NCBI GenBank assembly: GCA_965287045.1
Contig: OZ336899.1
Span: 14,074,001-14,138,000 of the forward strand
Length of the DNA stretch: 64,000 nucleotides
From: Carcharhinus amblyrhynchos
Taxonomy: Eukaryota
Reading direction: 5' to 3'
Within the stretch, counting starts at the first letter, position 1; every line of letters starts with the position of its first letter. The translations under genes and the position numbers were made by a program. The notes beneath the pieces are model-generated. The model saw only the letters and a list, made by a program, of their open reading frames with translations, did not search any database and was not told the origin of the DNA. Shown piece after piece: positions 23,955 to 37,736 of the stretch.

Positions 23955-24500
23955 GAACATGGATCAATACAGCACAGGAACAGGCCCTTCAGCCCACAGT
24001 GTTGTGCCAAACATGACTCCAAATTAAACTAATCCCTTCTGTCTGCCCTTGGTCCATATCCCTCTATTTCTTACATATTCATGTGCTGATCTAAAACCAT
24101 CTATCGTATCTGCCTGCATCACCAATCTGGCAGTGTATTCCATACACCACCGCCACTCTGTAAAGAACTTGCTCCTCACATCTCCTTCGAACTTTTCCCC
24201 TCTCACCTTAAGTGCGTGCCCCCTTGTATTAAACATTTCAACTCTAGGAAAAAGATTCTGACTGTCATCTCTATCATGCCTCTCATAATTTTATAGATTT
24301 CTATCAGGTTTCCCCTCAGCCTCTGCCATTCCAGTAAAAACAACTCTAATTTGTCCAGCCTCTCCAGATAGCTCATTTCCTCTAATCAAGGCAGCATCCT
24401 GGTAAACCTCTTCTGCACCCTCTCTAAAGCCTCCACGTCCTTCCTCTAAGTGAATGCAATACTCTAAGTGCAGCCTAACCAAAGTTTTATAAAGCTGCAA
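23955..24500 (-). mobile_element. CR1-type LINE 3' fragment (frameshifted)
   Basis: QLYKTLVRLHLEYC and TRGHALKVRGEKF fragments. Confidence 0.85.
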
Positions 24501-25314
24501 CTCTTGTACTCAATACAATAAAGCATTGTACTCAATAAAGCATTCAAATTAAATCAAAAGAAAACACATAATTTATTTTAACGTCCCATGACCTTCTCAC
24601 AGATTGTTTGCAGAAGAGTCTGGGAGATTAACTGTTAATAACATCATTCTCTTGCTTCTTTCCTATCTTCACTTATGCTCTCTCTGAACTCATCTTATTC
24701 ATGAGACCCACTTCCAGCTTCCTTAATCCTATTCCCATGAAACCACTGACCACTCAACTTGCCCCTTGGTCATTAACTGACATTCTAAATGTTCCTCTCA
24801 ATTCAGGTTTTTCCCTCTATGTAAATGTTAAGTTCATTTGTTTGTTGGCAAACTCCTCCAAAGTCCTTGGGCCAACCTCAAGCAAACTTGGTGGCATGAT
24901 ACCTTGGACCAAGGAGCATGTCACCTTGGACCAAGGGGCATGTCATAGGGGAGTTGACATCTAATCACTGCCACCAGGAGGGCTTAAGTCCGAGCAGGGA
25001 TCTTGTGGCCCTGCCTACAATGTTCCCTGCTGACAGTGTAACTCAGACTTGCCACACTTTAATCAACATTCACTATACATTCCGAGAAAGAATGCGATGA
25101 ATTTACATCATAAATTCCTGACTTTTGTTCTATTTCATTGTTTTCTCTAATATTTTATTTGTTTCAGACAAGTTGACAATACACTTTATTATTTGACAAG
25201 GGGAAGGGGCAGGCAGCACAAAGAGCCAGGGAAGAGGAAGTGGCTAGAAGAGAAAAGGCTAACAGGGAGCAATAGGCAGCACTTAGAGAAAGGAAAGATA
25301 AAGAGGCGAGGAGT

Positions 25315-25530
25315 TGATTTTGATTTGCTTCATTATTGTCACATGTAACAGTATACAGTGAAAAGTATTGTTTCTTGTGTGCTTTACAGACAAAGCATAC
25401 TGTTCATAGAGAAGGAAATGAGACAGTGCAGAATGTAGTGCTACAGTCATAGCTAGAGTGCAGAGAAAGATCAACTTAATGCAACATAAGTGCATTCAAA
25501 AACCCGATGACAGCAGGAAAGAAGCTGACA
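25315..25530 (-). mobile_element. Rex1/Babar-type 3' tail
   Basis: Reverse complement of the 53850-54021 tail ending in (aaatc)n. Confidence 0.6.
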
Positions 25531-25710
25531 GGGACAGAGAGTGACAGGATGCAAGGACAACCAGAGCTACAAAAGAGACCAAGACCCTTTCAGGAAGCTT
25601 TCACTACGATCCTCATCATAATTATGAGTCAGTCCCAGATTCTGATATTACCAGTAGATCAGATACATGTGAACATCACTTGCAAGAATGTGGGATTGAA
25701 AGATTGCTGC

Positions 25711-26374
25711 CCCTGAGTGAATCATCTGATCCATTGAATGTTCTTTTATGGGAATAACAATGAAATCAAACATTCCATGAAGCTGTAACAGTTGAGTAGG
25801 AGCACCAAAAAATCTCTTTATTTTCCTCTCAAGAAGGAAGAACTTCAAACGTGGCCCATCACAAAATATTTAATGTTTCAACAAACATTGAAAATGCAGA
25901 GAGCAATACTGAAAATGTAGAGAGTGATCCTACAGATATTGTCTTTGACACTGTTGATGAAATATCAAACGCTGAGGAAATAGGTGTGAATATAGATTTT
26001 GACCCTGAGGATTTTGAGAGTGGCACTGAGGATGGGGAGGATGATTGCCAGAAATCATCCAGTGGAAATCATAAATCTAAACAAACTAGACTCAAGCCAA
26101 ATAAAGTAAAGCCAATGAAAATAAATTCATTTGAGAAGAAATATTTTTTGTCAGATAATATTTCTGAGTGGAATATTTTTGGGTGAATGTAAGTAGTTGT
26201 GGTTCATATTTGTGGGATTAAAGTTAATTAAAAAGAGGTAATTGAGTGAATTGTTGAATTAAATCAATTGGATTTAAGAAATGTTTCAAATTAGTTCCTT
26301 AATAGAAACATTTTTATGGTTTGATTTTCAGCTTTAATACTGATCTCATTCAGTCCATATACCCAGAGGGTAAA
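25711..26374 (+). mobile_element. Possible internally deleted piggyBac-like relic
   Basis: AT-rich island with an acidic 111-aa ORF (25851-26186) and a right end cagaggg|taaa resembling AGGG|TTAA; left end uncertain. Confidence 0.3.
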
Positions 26375-28206
26375 TATCTCAACTTATTATTTCAGAAGAA
26401 CATTTTCTTCATCTTATTTTTCAATCCTATTTTTAACTCTCACCCCTTTATTTCTTGGATGTAATATGAGTGGCCAGGCTTGTATCAAGTTGTTGGTGAC
26501 GTTAATTCCTGGAGACTATACGACAATCCTGGAGGAGTTGACAACACTACCACCAGCTGAGTGGAAAGCTTATACCTCAGTGTCTGGGTTCTGGGTTCAG
26601 GAACCAACTGGGGTCACTTAGAGTAGGGGGTGGATGAGCCTGCTTTCCAGAGGTGAAGCTCAGCAAGGAATCTTTGAGAGAGGAGGGGGAAGAAAACAGG
26701 AGGAAAAATCAAACATCCTGATAAAAACACAACAGCTTCTGTTTTGAAAGCAAGTTGTCAATCACAGCATGTTTTTTAAAACCTTCTTTGAGGGTCAAAA
26801 TCCAGACAAGAACAATGAATAATTCCTGCTCAGCCTCATTTCCCTCTTTGACTGCGAGGACAGCATCAGATGGGACTCCACCCACCAATTATTGGTAAAC
26901 ACTGCAGTGTTGCTGCCTGCAGCATGTCCAGACTGCAGTGGATACTGTGGGGAGAAGGGAGGCACGTTAGAGGCCAGCTTACGAGTGAGATGCATTCATA
27001 AATTAACCCACTGGCTCCCACACATCACTTGTTAGCTACCATGAGTTGCATCTCTGTGAATTCAACTTCCAACCCTCCAGGACTGCCTAGGAATCTCCAG
27101 GAACTAAAGATTAATATCCAGTTCTCTGCTGTGAAAATCCAGGGAGGAAAATACATCATGGCAGCAGATAAGGAAAATCTTTCTGTTTCATTTTCTTTGG
27201 AGCTGTTATTAGATTTCTTGGAAATGGAAAGAACAAAAGGCTCTTTGATTGAGAGTCAAGAATCACAGATGATCTGCTGCATCTGTGTTACAACAGATGA
27301 GTGTGATTGCTGTCCAGTTGGCTTTGGTACGTGATGCATCATGAGACTGGATGTATCAGGTGACCAATGTTAGTCGTGGGGGAGGGAAAAGTGGGATAGA
27401 AGCAGGTCATGTGATGAAATCACCATGAGTACATCCAACTAGAATTGGCAACTCTTCTGTGAAGTGATTTGTTCTTTGAAGAAGTGGACATTATGGTACT
27501 TGCTTAAAATTGAGTCAGCTTTTTACCCCAGCTGACAATATGGGAACAGGAGTAAGCCATTTAGCCCCTTAGAAGATCATAGAATAGAGCACAGAATTAA
27601 GATAATAGAATCCCAACGGTGCAGGAGAAGGCCATTCAGCCCTTCGAGCCTGTGCCGACAACAATCCCACCTATCTCATAACTCCACATATTTACCCTGC
27701 TAGTCTCCCTGACACTAAGGGACAATTTTGCATGGCCAGTCACCTAACCCACACATCCTTGCAATGTGGGAGGAAACCGAAGCACCTGGAGGAAACCCAT
27801 GCAGAATGGGGAGAACGTCCATTCCACATTTCACGACTGGGTCTGTGATTTAAATCTGTCCACCCATCTTTTCCCCACTTTCTTTAATATCTTTGGTTTA
27901 CAAAAATCTATCAGTCTCAGATTTAAAATTAAAATTGATCTAGCATCAGCTCTGAAGAGTTCCACATCGCACATAACTTAATTCCTGACAGGCCTGGTTT
28001 TAGTTTTCAGGCTGTGCCCACAAGTCCTGAACTCCCATCCTGTGGAAATAGTTTCCCTCTAACTATTCAATCAGCATCCCTGGGTTTAGAGCTTCGGATC
28101 TCCTCCAGCAGCTGAGAATTAACAAAAGAGCAATGCCCTTAAAATTCAGAGCTTGTGACAGACAGGTCTGGCCAAATAGGCTTTTCCCATTCCTCAAAGT
28201 GATTAA

Positions 28207-28560
28207 GAGGAGGCAATAACCAAGTGGTATTATCGCTAGACTATTAATCCAGAATATCAGCTAATGTTCTGCGGGCCCGAGTTTGAATCCCGCCACGGCA
28301 GATGGTGACATCTGAATTCAATAAAAAATATCTGGAATTAAGAATCTACTGATGACCATTGTTGATTGTCAGAAAAACCCATCTGGTTCACTAATGTCCT
28401 TTAGGGAAGGAAATCTGCCATCCTTACCTGGTTTGGCCAACATGTGACTCCAGAGCCACAGCAATGTGACTCTCAACTGCCCTCTGAACAAGAGCAGCTA
28501 GGGATGGGCAATAAATGCTGGCCAGCCAGTGATTAATGTCCCATTAATGAATTAGAAAAA
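28207..28560 (+). mobile_element. tRNA-derived SINE, third family
   Basis: Colinear with 14361-14720. Confidence 0.8.
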
Positions 28561-28744
28561 ACTACCCAAGACTTGGGAGTTTATCAGCTGTCTGACAGTA
28601 TGCCAATCCATCATCTGTCTCTCATGAAAGTAGTTAGTGAATTGAAGGACAAATTTTGTGAGGCTGCCTTCCTGCTTGCTAACAGTGCTGCTTTGCTGAA
28701 TTTGTCCTTTAAACTTTTAGCCTGTTGTTCTTCCCTTGTTTGTA

Positions 28745-29700
28745 AGTACAAAGAACAAAGAAAGTACAGCACAGGAACAGGCCCTCCAGCCCTCCATGCC
28801 CATGCCTATCATGATGCCCTATCTAAACTAAAAACAAAACCTTCTGCCCTTAGTCAGTCCATATCCTTCTACTTCCTCCCTATTCATGTACTCATCCAGA
28901 TGCCTCTTAAATGTTGCTAATGTGCCTGCTTCCGCCACCTCCTTTGGCAGTGCGTTCCAGGTACCGACCACTCTCTGCATGAAAACCTCTCCCCCGCACA
29001 TTTCCCTTAAACTTTCCCCCTCTCATCTTGAACCTATGCCCCCTTGTAATTGACACTTCCACCCTGGGGAAAAAGCCTCTGATTATCCACCTTGCCTATG
29101 CCTCTCATAATTTTGCAGACCTCCATCAGGTCTTCCTTCAGCCTCTGTCTTTCCAGTGAAAACAATCCCAGTTTTATTGAACCTCTCCACATATCCAACA
29201 CCCTCAAGATCAGGCAAAATCCCGGTGAGCCTTCCTTGCATTCTCTCCAAAGCTTCCAAGCCTTCTGGTAGTGTGGTGACCAGAACTGCACACAACACTC
29301 CAAATGTGGCCCAACCAAATTTTTATTTATCTGCAACGTGATTTCCTATTTCTTGTACCCCATGTCCCACTGGTGAAGGCAAACATGCCATATGCCTTCT
29401 TGATCAACGTGCCACTTTTAGGGAACTGTGGACCTGCACACCCAGATCCCTCTGGATGTTAATGTTTTTGAGGCGACATTCTAAGTTGTTCACGCTCTTC
29501 TTTTAGTTCTGCATTCCCTCCACCATCGGGAACATTCTTTCAGAATCTACTTGTCTAACCCTGTTAGAGTTTTATAAGTTTCTATGAGATCCCCTCTTGC
29601 TCTTCTCAACTCCAATGAATATAATCTTAACTGACTTAGTCTCTCCTTATATGACAGACCTGCCATCCCAGGAATCAGCCTGGTAAACCTTTGCTGCACT
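28745..29700 (-). mobile_element. Two adjacent CR1 fragments
   Basis: PHLECCVQFWSP and ERQRLKEDLMEVCKIMRG translations; (ttctttg)n tail at ~28750. Confidence 0.8.
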
Positions 29701-29982
29701 CCTAATCCAGGCTGACATGTCAGTGCAGTGCTGAGTGAGTGCTACATTGTTGGAGGTGCCGTCTTTTAGATGAGATGTCAAATCAAGGCTCTTGGTTTGG
29801 CCTCGCAATTGGATGCAAAAGATGTTATCATACAAATTCAAAGCTTTTTCCTTGGTGTCATGCACCAACCTTTAGCCCTCAACAGCCACCAGCGGGACAG
29901 TATATCTCACTGGTGTCACAAGTTTACTGAGTGTAAATTGGCTGCTGTATTTCCTACAGCAGTGACTACAATTTATCGACTG

Positions 29983-30261
29983 TAAAATTTATTTATTATT
30001 GTCACAAGTAGGCTTACATCAACACTGCTATGAAGTCACTGTGAAAATCCCTTAGTCGCCACACTCCTGCACCTGTTCAGGTACACCAAGGGAGAATTTA
30101 TCATGGCCAATGCAGCTAACCAGCACATCTTTTGGACTGTGGGAGGAAACCCACATAGACACGGGGAGAATGTGCAAACTCCACACAGACAGTGACCCAA
30201 GCCGGGAATTGAACCTGGGTCCCTGGCACTCTGAGGTAGCAGTGCTAACCACTGTGCTGCC
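29983..30261 (-). mobile_element. V-SINE, aaacttt-type tail
   Basis: Head, V-domain with an internal deletion, tail. Confidence 0.8.
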
Positions 30262-31245
30262 CAGAGGTAGAGTGCTTTTACTTTGAAAACAACAGAACTT
30301 TTATTGCCATCGAGACTAAACCGTCACACTAGACTCTTCCTCATTTCTGAAATAACCATTTGCTCTACCATTTGATAAACAAACATTCCTCCCTGTCTAG
30401 GGGGTAAAGTAAGTTTGCAGAATAAAGTGCTGGACTCTCCACTTATTTTCCTAGAAGAATACACAACATGTAAAGTGCTTTGGGACATGAACATTGCTTT
30501 CTAAATGCAAGTCATTCATTTCTTTGTGGCTTGGCAGGCGATCCCAATGCGTCAGAGGTACTAAATTTGCAGCTACATTTTGTTGATGTTGTGATCACTA
30601 GGTCCCATCGCATTGACAATGATAAGTTTTGGGAAGTGAAATTGATTCACTTCATTGAGAAACACACTGCCCAAGGTGATGGGTGACAGCAGAAACAGAC
30701 CTGTTTATTCATCTTCGAAACATAGAAAATAGAAGCAGCAGTAGGCCATTCGGCCCTTTGGGCCTGCTCTACCATTCATTTCATATCATGGCTGATCATC
30801 GAATTCAATATCCTGATCCTGCCTTCCCCCCACATATATAAATCCAGTCAATAAAGCATGAAGGAATTAGGGAGTAGCCGCAGCCCTTAGATGTTGTTGG
30901 ACAGTATAGTGTGTGTGTCTCCTTGTGGTTGATGAGCCTGTGTTCATGTATTTAAGGACCCTAATCCAGATGTAAGACTGCTTCCAATTGGGTTGAGGTT
31001 GAAGCCAGAACAGAAATAAATCACTTCGGTCACAACATTACCACATTTAAGTGGTGGCAATGCTTTGACATATTAGATACGAGTGAAAAAAAGGTTATCC
31101 TAAGGTTCTTTTATTTAATAAAGTTAGTATTCTCTTAAGGTGGTTGGGAGAGTTGAACTTCCTCACAAAGAGAGTTTTGCCCAATTTCCTTCTGCCATTG
31201 ACTGAGAGACTTGTGTGTCCTAATAGATCAACACTCAGTCACATT

Positions 31246-31463
31246 GGGCAGAGTTTTCCAAACCACCCCCCTCACCACCACATGGTGGATTTCCCTGCAC
31301 TGGAGGCAGCTTATCATTTGTCACTGACAGAATCTTTGATCTGTCAAACTCAATGGCAGTTTGCATGGCTAGCCAGTCCTGTGGCTGAAGCACCCCCAAA
31401 GGGGGTGGACTTTGGCAGGACCGGAAGATTCCACTTGCGGGAAGGGTCAGAAAATCCCGCCCA
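31246..31463. mobile_element. Harbinger-like MITE
   Basis: Termini gggcagagttttc / gaaaatcccgccc are inverted repeats. Confidence 0.5.
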
Positions 31464-31715
31464 TCGTTGCTGCTTGTCTCTGACATTACACACTATTACA
31501 CATCATTGTATGATCCATAAATATCTGTAACAAGCTAATAACAGATTATCAAGGAACTATTTGCTATGTGCAAGTGTTTCACGGGGAACACATTTCATAA
31601 CTGTACAAAAGAGGCAAATGATATGTAACAGAACCAGTTCAAACCAGTCCTTCATTTGTACATGGCAGCACAGCTAGTATTAAACACAAAGAGCTCTTCT
31701 CTTGCAAAACTTACA

Positions 31716-32810
31716 GGGAGCGACTTACCAAAAACATTCCAAGTCCTGAATAAGCATGAAAATGGGAGTTTCAGATCTGTTTTTATGGCGATGCCACAAG
31801 TCCAAGCTTATGCCACTCCACAAAAAAAACTAAATCTGTTTCCTTCCAGGAAGTGGGAGGGAGGCAGGGCCTATGTTCACTGGAAAGCAGCCACTGACAG
31901 CACAGGGCACAATTGTGCATGCCCAGATCTCTGCTTTGTGCAATGGCACAGAGAGATCTGTCACTCACCTGCCCCCCTGTATACCACCCACCTCCCCCTT
32001 CATGATCGCTGGCCTGCACAGCTTCCTCCCTGCGATTGCTGGCCAGCGCTGCTGATCGGCCTCCTCCCCACACCCGCAATCACGGCCCCCCCATGGCCAA
32101 TTGGCCCTCCTATCTATCCTCCAGCCCAATCGACTGCCTTCCCCACCCTAGCCCATCCCGGTCAATTGCTGGCCCCCGATCATCACCAGCTGTATAGTGC
32201 GCAGCACCTCCCCGCGCACGCCACCCACCCCCCACCCCCCACCAATCACAATCCTGGTTGCAGAGTGCATAGCTCCCCCCACCTCCCCTTACGCCCTGGC
32301 CACATCCAGGCCTCACCCCCGCCCTGTCACCTTAGGCCCCATCCCCTCATGTCCCACCCCTTGGCATTGCCCGGTGCCAAGTGGACACTGCTAATGTGCC
32401 AGGCTGGCAGTGCCAGTGTGTCAAATGGGCAGTGCCAGTGTGCCAGACAGACACTACCAGGGTGCCAGGCTGGCACTGCCAAAGGGGCACTGTCCCCAGT
32501 GCCTGACCTACTGGGGGGGGGTCGCAATAGCTTCCGGTCCTTCTGGCGAGGCCATCACAACAGGTCCTCATTGATGGGGACCATAAGTGTTCCTTGCTGG
32601 TGAGGACCTTCATTGGTGAGGCCACTAAGGCAAGTTAGCCGAGATGATTATGTCCTAGCTCCCTAATAATATTTAAATCGGTTTAAATATTATAATCAGC
32701 CTCGCGCTCTGATCTCGCTGGATATCCGGACCCAGTAAGATTGCGATAGGTGAGAAATCAGGTGCGAGTCTGACCTTTTTGCCTATCTCGCGATTTTATT
32801 GGTTCACCCC
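31716..32810. mobile_element. GC-rich non-autonomous DNA-transposon-like repeat
   Basis: Abrupt GC/CpG rise, internal tgccag/ggcactgcc sub-repeats (32360-32500), weak inverted ends; ORF 31656-32603 has no recognisable domain. Confidence 0.45.
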
Positions 32811-33392
32811 ATCAAAGGTAAGATGCCCCTAAATTGTGATTATAAGCAACATCTGGGAAGCAAAAATCAAAAACACGTAGCAATGGTGGCAGCGCCTGTA
32901 CATAAACATCAAGCATTTAAAATTAATTTAATGCTGATTTGGGAAATCGACCTCACCTTAGAGGCAGAAGAAATTTATACAAAGAGGCAAAACAAAATAT
33001 CAACCAGCACAGCAATAAATGCTACAGCTCGTATTGATTTGGGGAGCTGATGATGTTGGGGAGGTATTCGTGAAGTTTAAACAAAAATGCAGCTTGCTAT
33101 TTAGTAGTTTGCTCAAAGGCATTCGCAGTGGAGAGAGGTCAGTTATCTTCTCCCTCTTTGGGCAGGAGATTACATTTGTTTGACAGCTGGGGAGTTTACA
33201 GAAGAGGTTGGCAAAATCCAGACATAATTTTTGAAAAATTCAGCACCCATCTCCAGCCAAAATTGGATCATCTCTTTGGAACTACTGGTATAAATTCCAA
33301 AGCCGCAACAGGAATTAAGCAAGCTAATGCTAACTGTGTAACAGGATTAAAAAAGCGCAGTTTCGGAACACAGATAAAATGTTGATATGGGC

Positions 33393-34287
33393 AGTCTCCA
33401 AAAATTAAGGATTATTCCCCTGCAAACTGTTGCAAGCAAAAACACCTGGGAGGAAAAGAAAATCACCAAAACAGAAATTTTCATCAAACACTTTCAATTC
33501 TTAATGATAAAGTTACTGAAATAGTGGGAGTGGGAGATATTGGCTTTTGACCAGGCAGAGGTGGTTAGTAATGTGCTAAATGTTCCAGCTTGAGGCAGCA
33601 CCACTACGAATGTATCCTCATCCCAACTAGCCTAATTAAACCTATCAACCTTCCTACTGTCCTTTCTGATTTTGATTCTGGTGGAACATTTTACATGGTG
33701 AAAATATTCAGCCCCTCATCAATCACTGCAACCTCATAGTCATTTAACACTCTTGAGGACCACCCCTCACATGGGCAGAAGCCCCGCCTCTTTGTTGCCA
33801 GAGTCTACAAGATTATGAGGAGCATGGTCAGAGTGGATAGTCAGAAGCTTTTTCCCAGGGTGGAAGAGTCAATTACTAGGGGGCATAGGTTTAAGGTCCG
33901 AGGGGCAAGGTTTAAAGGGAATGTACGAGGCAAGCTTTTTGTACAGTAAATGGTCCTACGATTGTCTGAGATAGGGACAATTTACCCAGAGCCCTGATAC
34001 TGAACCCTATCCACTAACCCCTGCTGGAAGGCACACCCATAAAGAACGGCTAGTTGGGATGAGGATACATTCGTAGTGGTGCTGCCTCAAGCTGGAATAT
34101 TTAGCACATTACTAACCACCTCTGCCTGGTCAAAAGCCAATATCCCCCACTCCCACTCCTTCAGTAACTCTATCATTAAGAATTGAAAGTGTTTGATGAA
34201 AATTTCTGTTTTGGTGATTTTTTTTATCTCCTAGGTGTTTTTGCTTGCAACAGTTTGCAGGGGAATAATCCTTGATTTCTGGAGACT
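33393..34287. repeat. Long inverted repeat, 240-bp arms (33393-33632 / 34048-34287) with a 415-bp spacer
   Basis: Arms are reverse complements with ~10-12 differences. Confidence 0.95.
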
Positions 34288-34889
34288 CCAGGAGAATCTT
34301 GGAGGGTTGGCAACCCTAAGTTTGGAGGGAAGCCAGTGCTCATGGAACCCAGGTCACGTTGGTGAGATGGGGCTCTCTCCAACAAACCAGATGGGGAAGA
34401 AATAACCAGGACAACAGTGTCAAAACCTATCGACAAAATTATAAATCTACAATTGAGATATATTGAGAAGTGGAAAGGGGGGGGGGGGAGGGCGGGTGGT
34501 GAGTTGTTCAACTAGGGTGAGTGTTGGCTGGTTGTCATGTGTGGAACTGACAAGCTATTGTTCTGACTGTCTGCAGTGCAGTCTGCTGCATTGCTGATGA
34601 TTTCATGGTCTCCGTTCTGTTCACAGAGCTCACCATGTTCACTGCAGAGCATTTAACTAATCTGACATCACTGCACTAACTCTTGAATTTGAATCCACGT
34701 TTATCTGTATGTCTGTGCTCCATTGTGAATGCACGGGTGCAAACATCAAAAGAACAAGGAGTCAGTTACAGCTCAGAAACCAAACCAAGACCTTTGGATA
34801 GTTTACATTCAGGAACAATGGGCATCAAGGAGAGAGTTACAGATGGGAATCTAATCAAGATTTGATATGTAGAAAAGATCATCATTAAT

Positions 34890-35200
34890 ACATGATAATC
34901 ACTCCAGGGTATTGGTTACTGTAAAATATGAAACACACAAAATTCCTAATTAGGTACCAGATGAAAACTTACTCCTGGGTATCTGTTACTCTGTACATAA
35001 AGCACCCAAAACTCTTGATAAGATTCCAACCTGTAACTCACGACTCAGTGTCCATTGCCCTATATATATAGTGTATATATATATATATATATATATACCA
35101 TCTGAATCCCTTGCTTTAAATATTAGTCTATAACTCACTCCCTGGTATCTATTATTTTCTGTACAAACTACCCAAATGCCTTTAGTAGATTCTAGCCAGT
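34890..35200. repeat. Degenerate tandem repeat (actcc..gggtatctgtta..ctgta) with an embedded (TA)n at ~35061-35097
   Basis: Recurring motif at ~34900, 34970, 35035 and 35135. Confidence 0.55.
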
Positions 35201-35281
35201 ATCATATCATCTGTATATCTTCCCCTCCTTCAAGAATTTTTAAATTAGACTTTTGTAAAAACATCACACCTCTCCCAAGAT

Positions 35282-35570
35282 ATGGTGGCACAGTGGTTAG
35301 CACTGCTGCCTCACAGCACCAAAGACTCAGATTCAATTCCAGCCTCAGCTGACTATCTGTGTGGAATTTGCACATTCTCTCCATGTCTGTGTGGGTTTCC
35401 TCCGGGTGCTCCGGTTTCCTCCCACAGTCCAAAGATGTGTGGATTAGGTGGATTGGCCATGCTAAATTGATCCTTAGTATCGGGGGAAATACAGGGCTTA
35501 TGGGGCAGGACTGTTGTCGGCACAGACTCAATGGGCCAAACAGGCTCCTTCTGCATTGTAGGGATTCTGA
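35282..35570 (+). mobile_element. HE1-like V-SINE with CR1-like tail
   Basis: Head, V-domain and tail. Confidence 0.85.
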
Positions 35571-36397
35571 CTCTGATAATTGTGGATCAGTGTTGTATCC
35601 AGTTGACAGTGAAACAGTGAGGTCTGGCTTGTGAAGGAATAGCCGCACTTATGTTTTAATTTCTTTTAAGCCTAAGGTAATTTGCTTTTAAAATTGCGTG
35701 TGAATGTTTGATGCTCTTCATTGCAGTGATTTATCAATGATCTGTATTCCCAAATGGTCTGGAAAGGTTCCACTTCAAAGCTACAATAAGCGCGACTATT
35801 AAATTTAATGTGCTTCAGATATACTTGTCAGGTCGTTTCATCCTCTCGTTTACACTGATTTCTGTAGAAGATGGTATTTTATAGGGCCACAGATGTTGGC
35901 ATATTCTATGCTCACTTCTCAAATTTTAACTTATATCACTGTTATTCCCACCCCCCGCTATCTCCAATTCTCTCCCTTTCTCTTTTGTATTTGTTATGCC
36001 ACGTGCATTCCCGATACTCTCAGGTTCTGCCTGACATGCCCCTTTCCTCACTCCCCCATTTCTTTCACTTGATCATTCTCTCCCTCTCTCCACTTCCACT
36101 TTTTTCTATCTCCCTCTATCAAGCTTCTCATCTCCCTTCTTTCCCCTTTCCTGCCTGTGTGTGCCCAGGTCTTTCCCTGACTTCTGTGTGCTTTCTCCTC
36201 TTTCTACCACATCATCTGTGTTCATTTCTCTCCACTCCTGTGCTTTTCCAATCCTACCTTTTCTTTCTGATCCAACCTTTTCCTCCTCTCACGTTTCCTC
36301 ACTCCTTGGATAAATCCCTTGATCTCTAACTTCCCTGTTTCTCACAGATTTTTATTCCTCCTACATGAACCTCCCTGCAGCTTCCACATTCTCTCAT

Positions 36398-36702
36398 AAA
36401 GTTAAAGTTTATTTATTGGTCACAAGTGAGGCTTACGTTAACACTGTAATGAAGTTACTGTGAAAATCCCTAATCGCTACACTTCGGTGCCTGTTCGGGA
36501 ACACTGAGGGAGAATTTGGCACGGCCAAAGCACCAAACTAGCACGTCTTCCGGAATGTGGGAGGAAACTGGGGCACCCTGGAGGAAAGCCACACAGACAC
36601 GGGGAGAACGTGCTGACTCCGCAGTGGCCCAAGCTGGGAATCGAACCTGGGTTCCTGGCGTTGTGAGGCAGCAGTGCTAACAACTGTGCCACCGTGCCAC
36701 CC
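36398..36702 (-). mobile_element. V-SINE, aaacttt-type tail
   Basis: Full copy. Confidence 0.8.
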
Positions 36703-37349
36703 GTTGTCTCTCACCAGGCAGTTTCTCAGCTGGTACCTTCCTGGCCTGAGGAACATCCATCTGTCAGCAACTTACTGTTCCTTACAAAGCCCTCAATATG
36801 CCTGTATCGTCTGACTGATATGCTATTAGGTCTTGATCAAGATTTCTTTGCATTATGATTAGAATGATTTGAAAGGTTAAAGGGTAGATTTAATAGAGGT
36901 GTCTCAAAATTAGCTGGGATCTCGTTAGGGTAAATAAGGAGAAATAATTTCCACAGGTAGGGAGGGTGAGTAACCAAAGAGGGATGATTTATAATAATTG
37001 GAATAAGACTCAGGGAGGAAGATGAAGGTTTTTTTAACTCAGTGCACTATTATGGTCTGGAATGTAGCACCTGAAAGAATGCTGAAAACATGTTTAGTCA
37101 TAAGTTTGAAATGGAAACCGGATAAACACTTAAAGGAAAAATAATTAGCCTCCCACAGTAAGAAACAGGAAAGGGGGGAGGGGCATGGGAAAACATGGGT
37201 CTTTGCTCCTGGTCACATATAAAGTTTTGGAAACTGTGGGTGTAGGGATGAGTTGGAGCTTTAAGATCATGCTAATCAAATATCCCGTGATATTTGATCA
37301 CACGCTGTAGGCTGATAGGAGCCACACGCAGAGGAATGGGAATCCAAAT

Positions 37350-37736
37350 TCTTTTTATTTATCAATGAGACATGGGCGTTGCTGGCTGGCTGGTATTTAT
37401 TGCCCATCCCTCACAGTCCTTGGACTGAGTGGCTTACTCAGCCATTTCAGAGAGCATTTAAGAGGTCAACCATATTGTTGTGGCTCTGAAGTCCCACGTA
37501 GGCCAGACCAGGTAAGGACGGCAGATTTCCTTCCCTAAATGACATTAGTGAACCAGATGGGTTTTCCCGATAATTGACAATTGTTTCGTGGTCATCAGCA
37601 AATTTTTAATTCCAGATTTTTTAAAATTTAATTCAAATCCCACCATCTGCTGTGGCAGGATTCGAACCTGGGTCCCCATTAGCTGAGTTTCTGGATTAGT
37701 TGTCGAGCGATAATATCACTGGGCCAACACCTCCCC
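37350..37736 (-). mobile_element. tRNA-derived SINE, third family
   Basis: Reverse complement of 14361-14720. Confidence 0.8.

Noticed and set aside
31656-32603. 315-aa ORF as a nested gene
   Set aside because: Lies within a GC-rich interspersed repeat, has a non-ATG start, is low complexity and shows no recognisable motif
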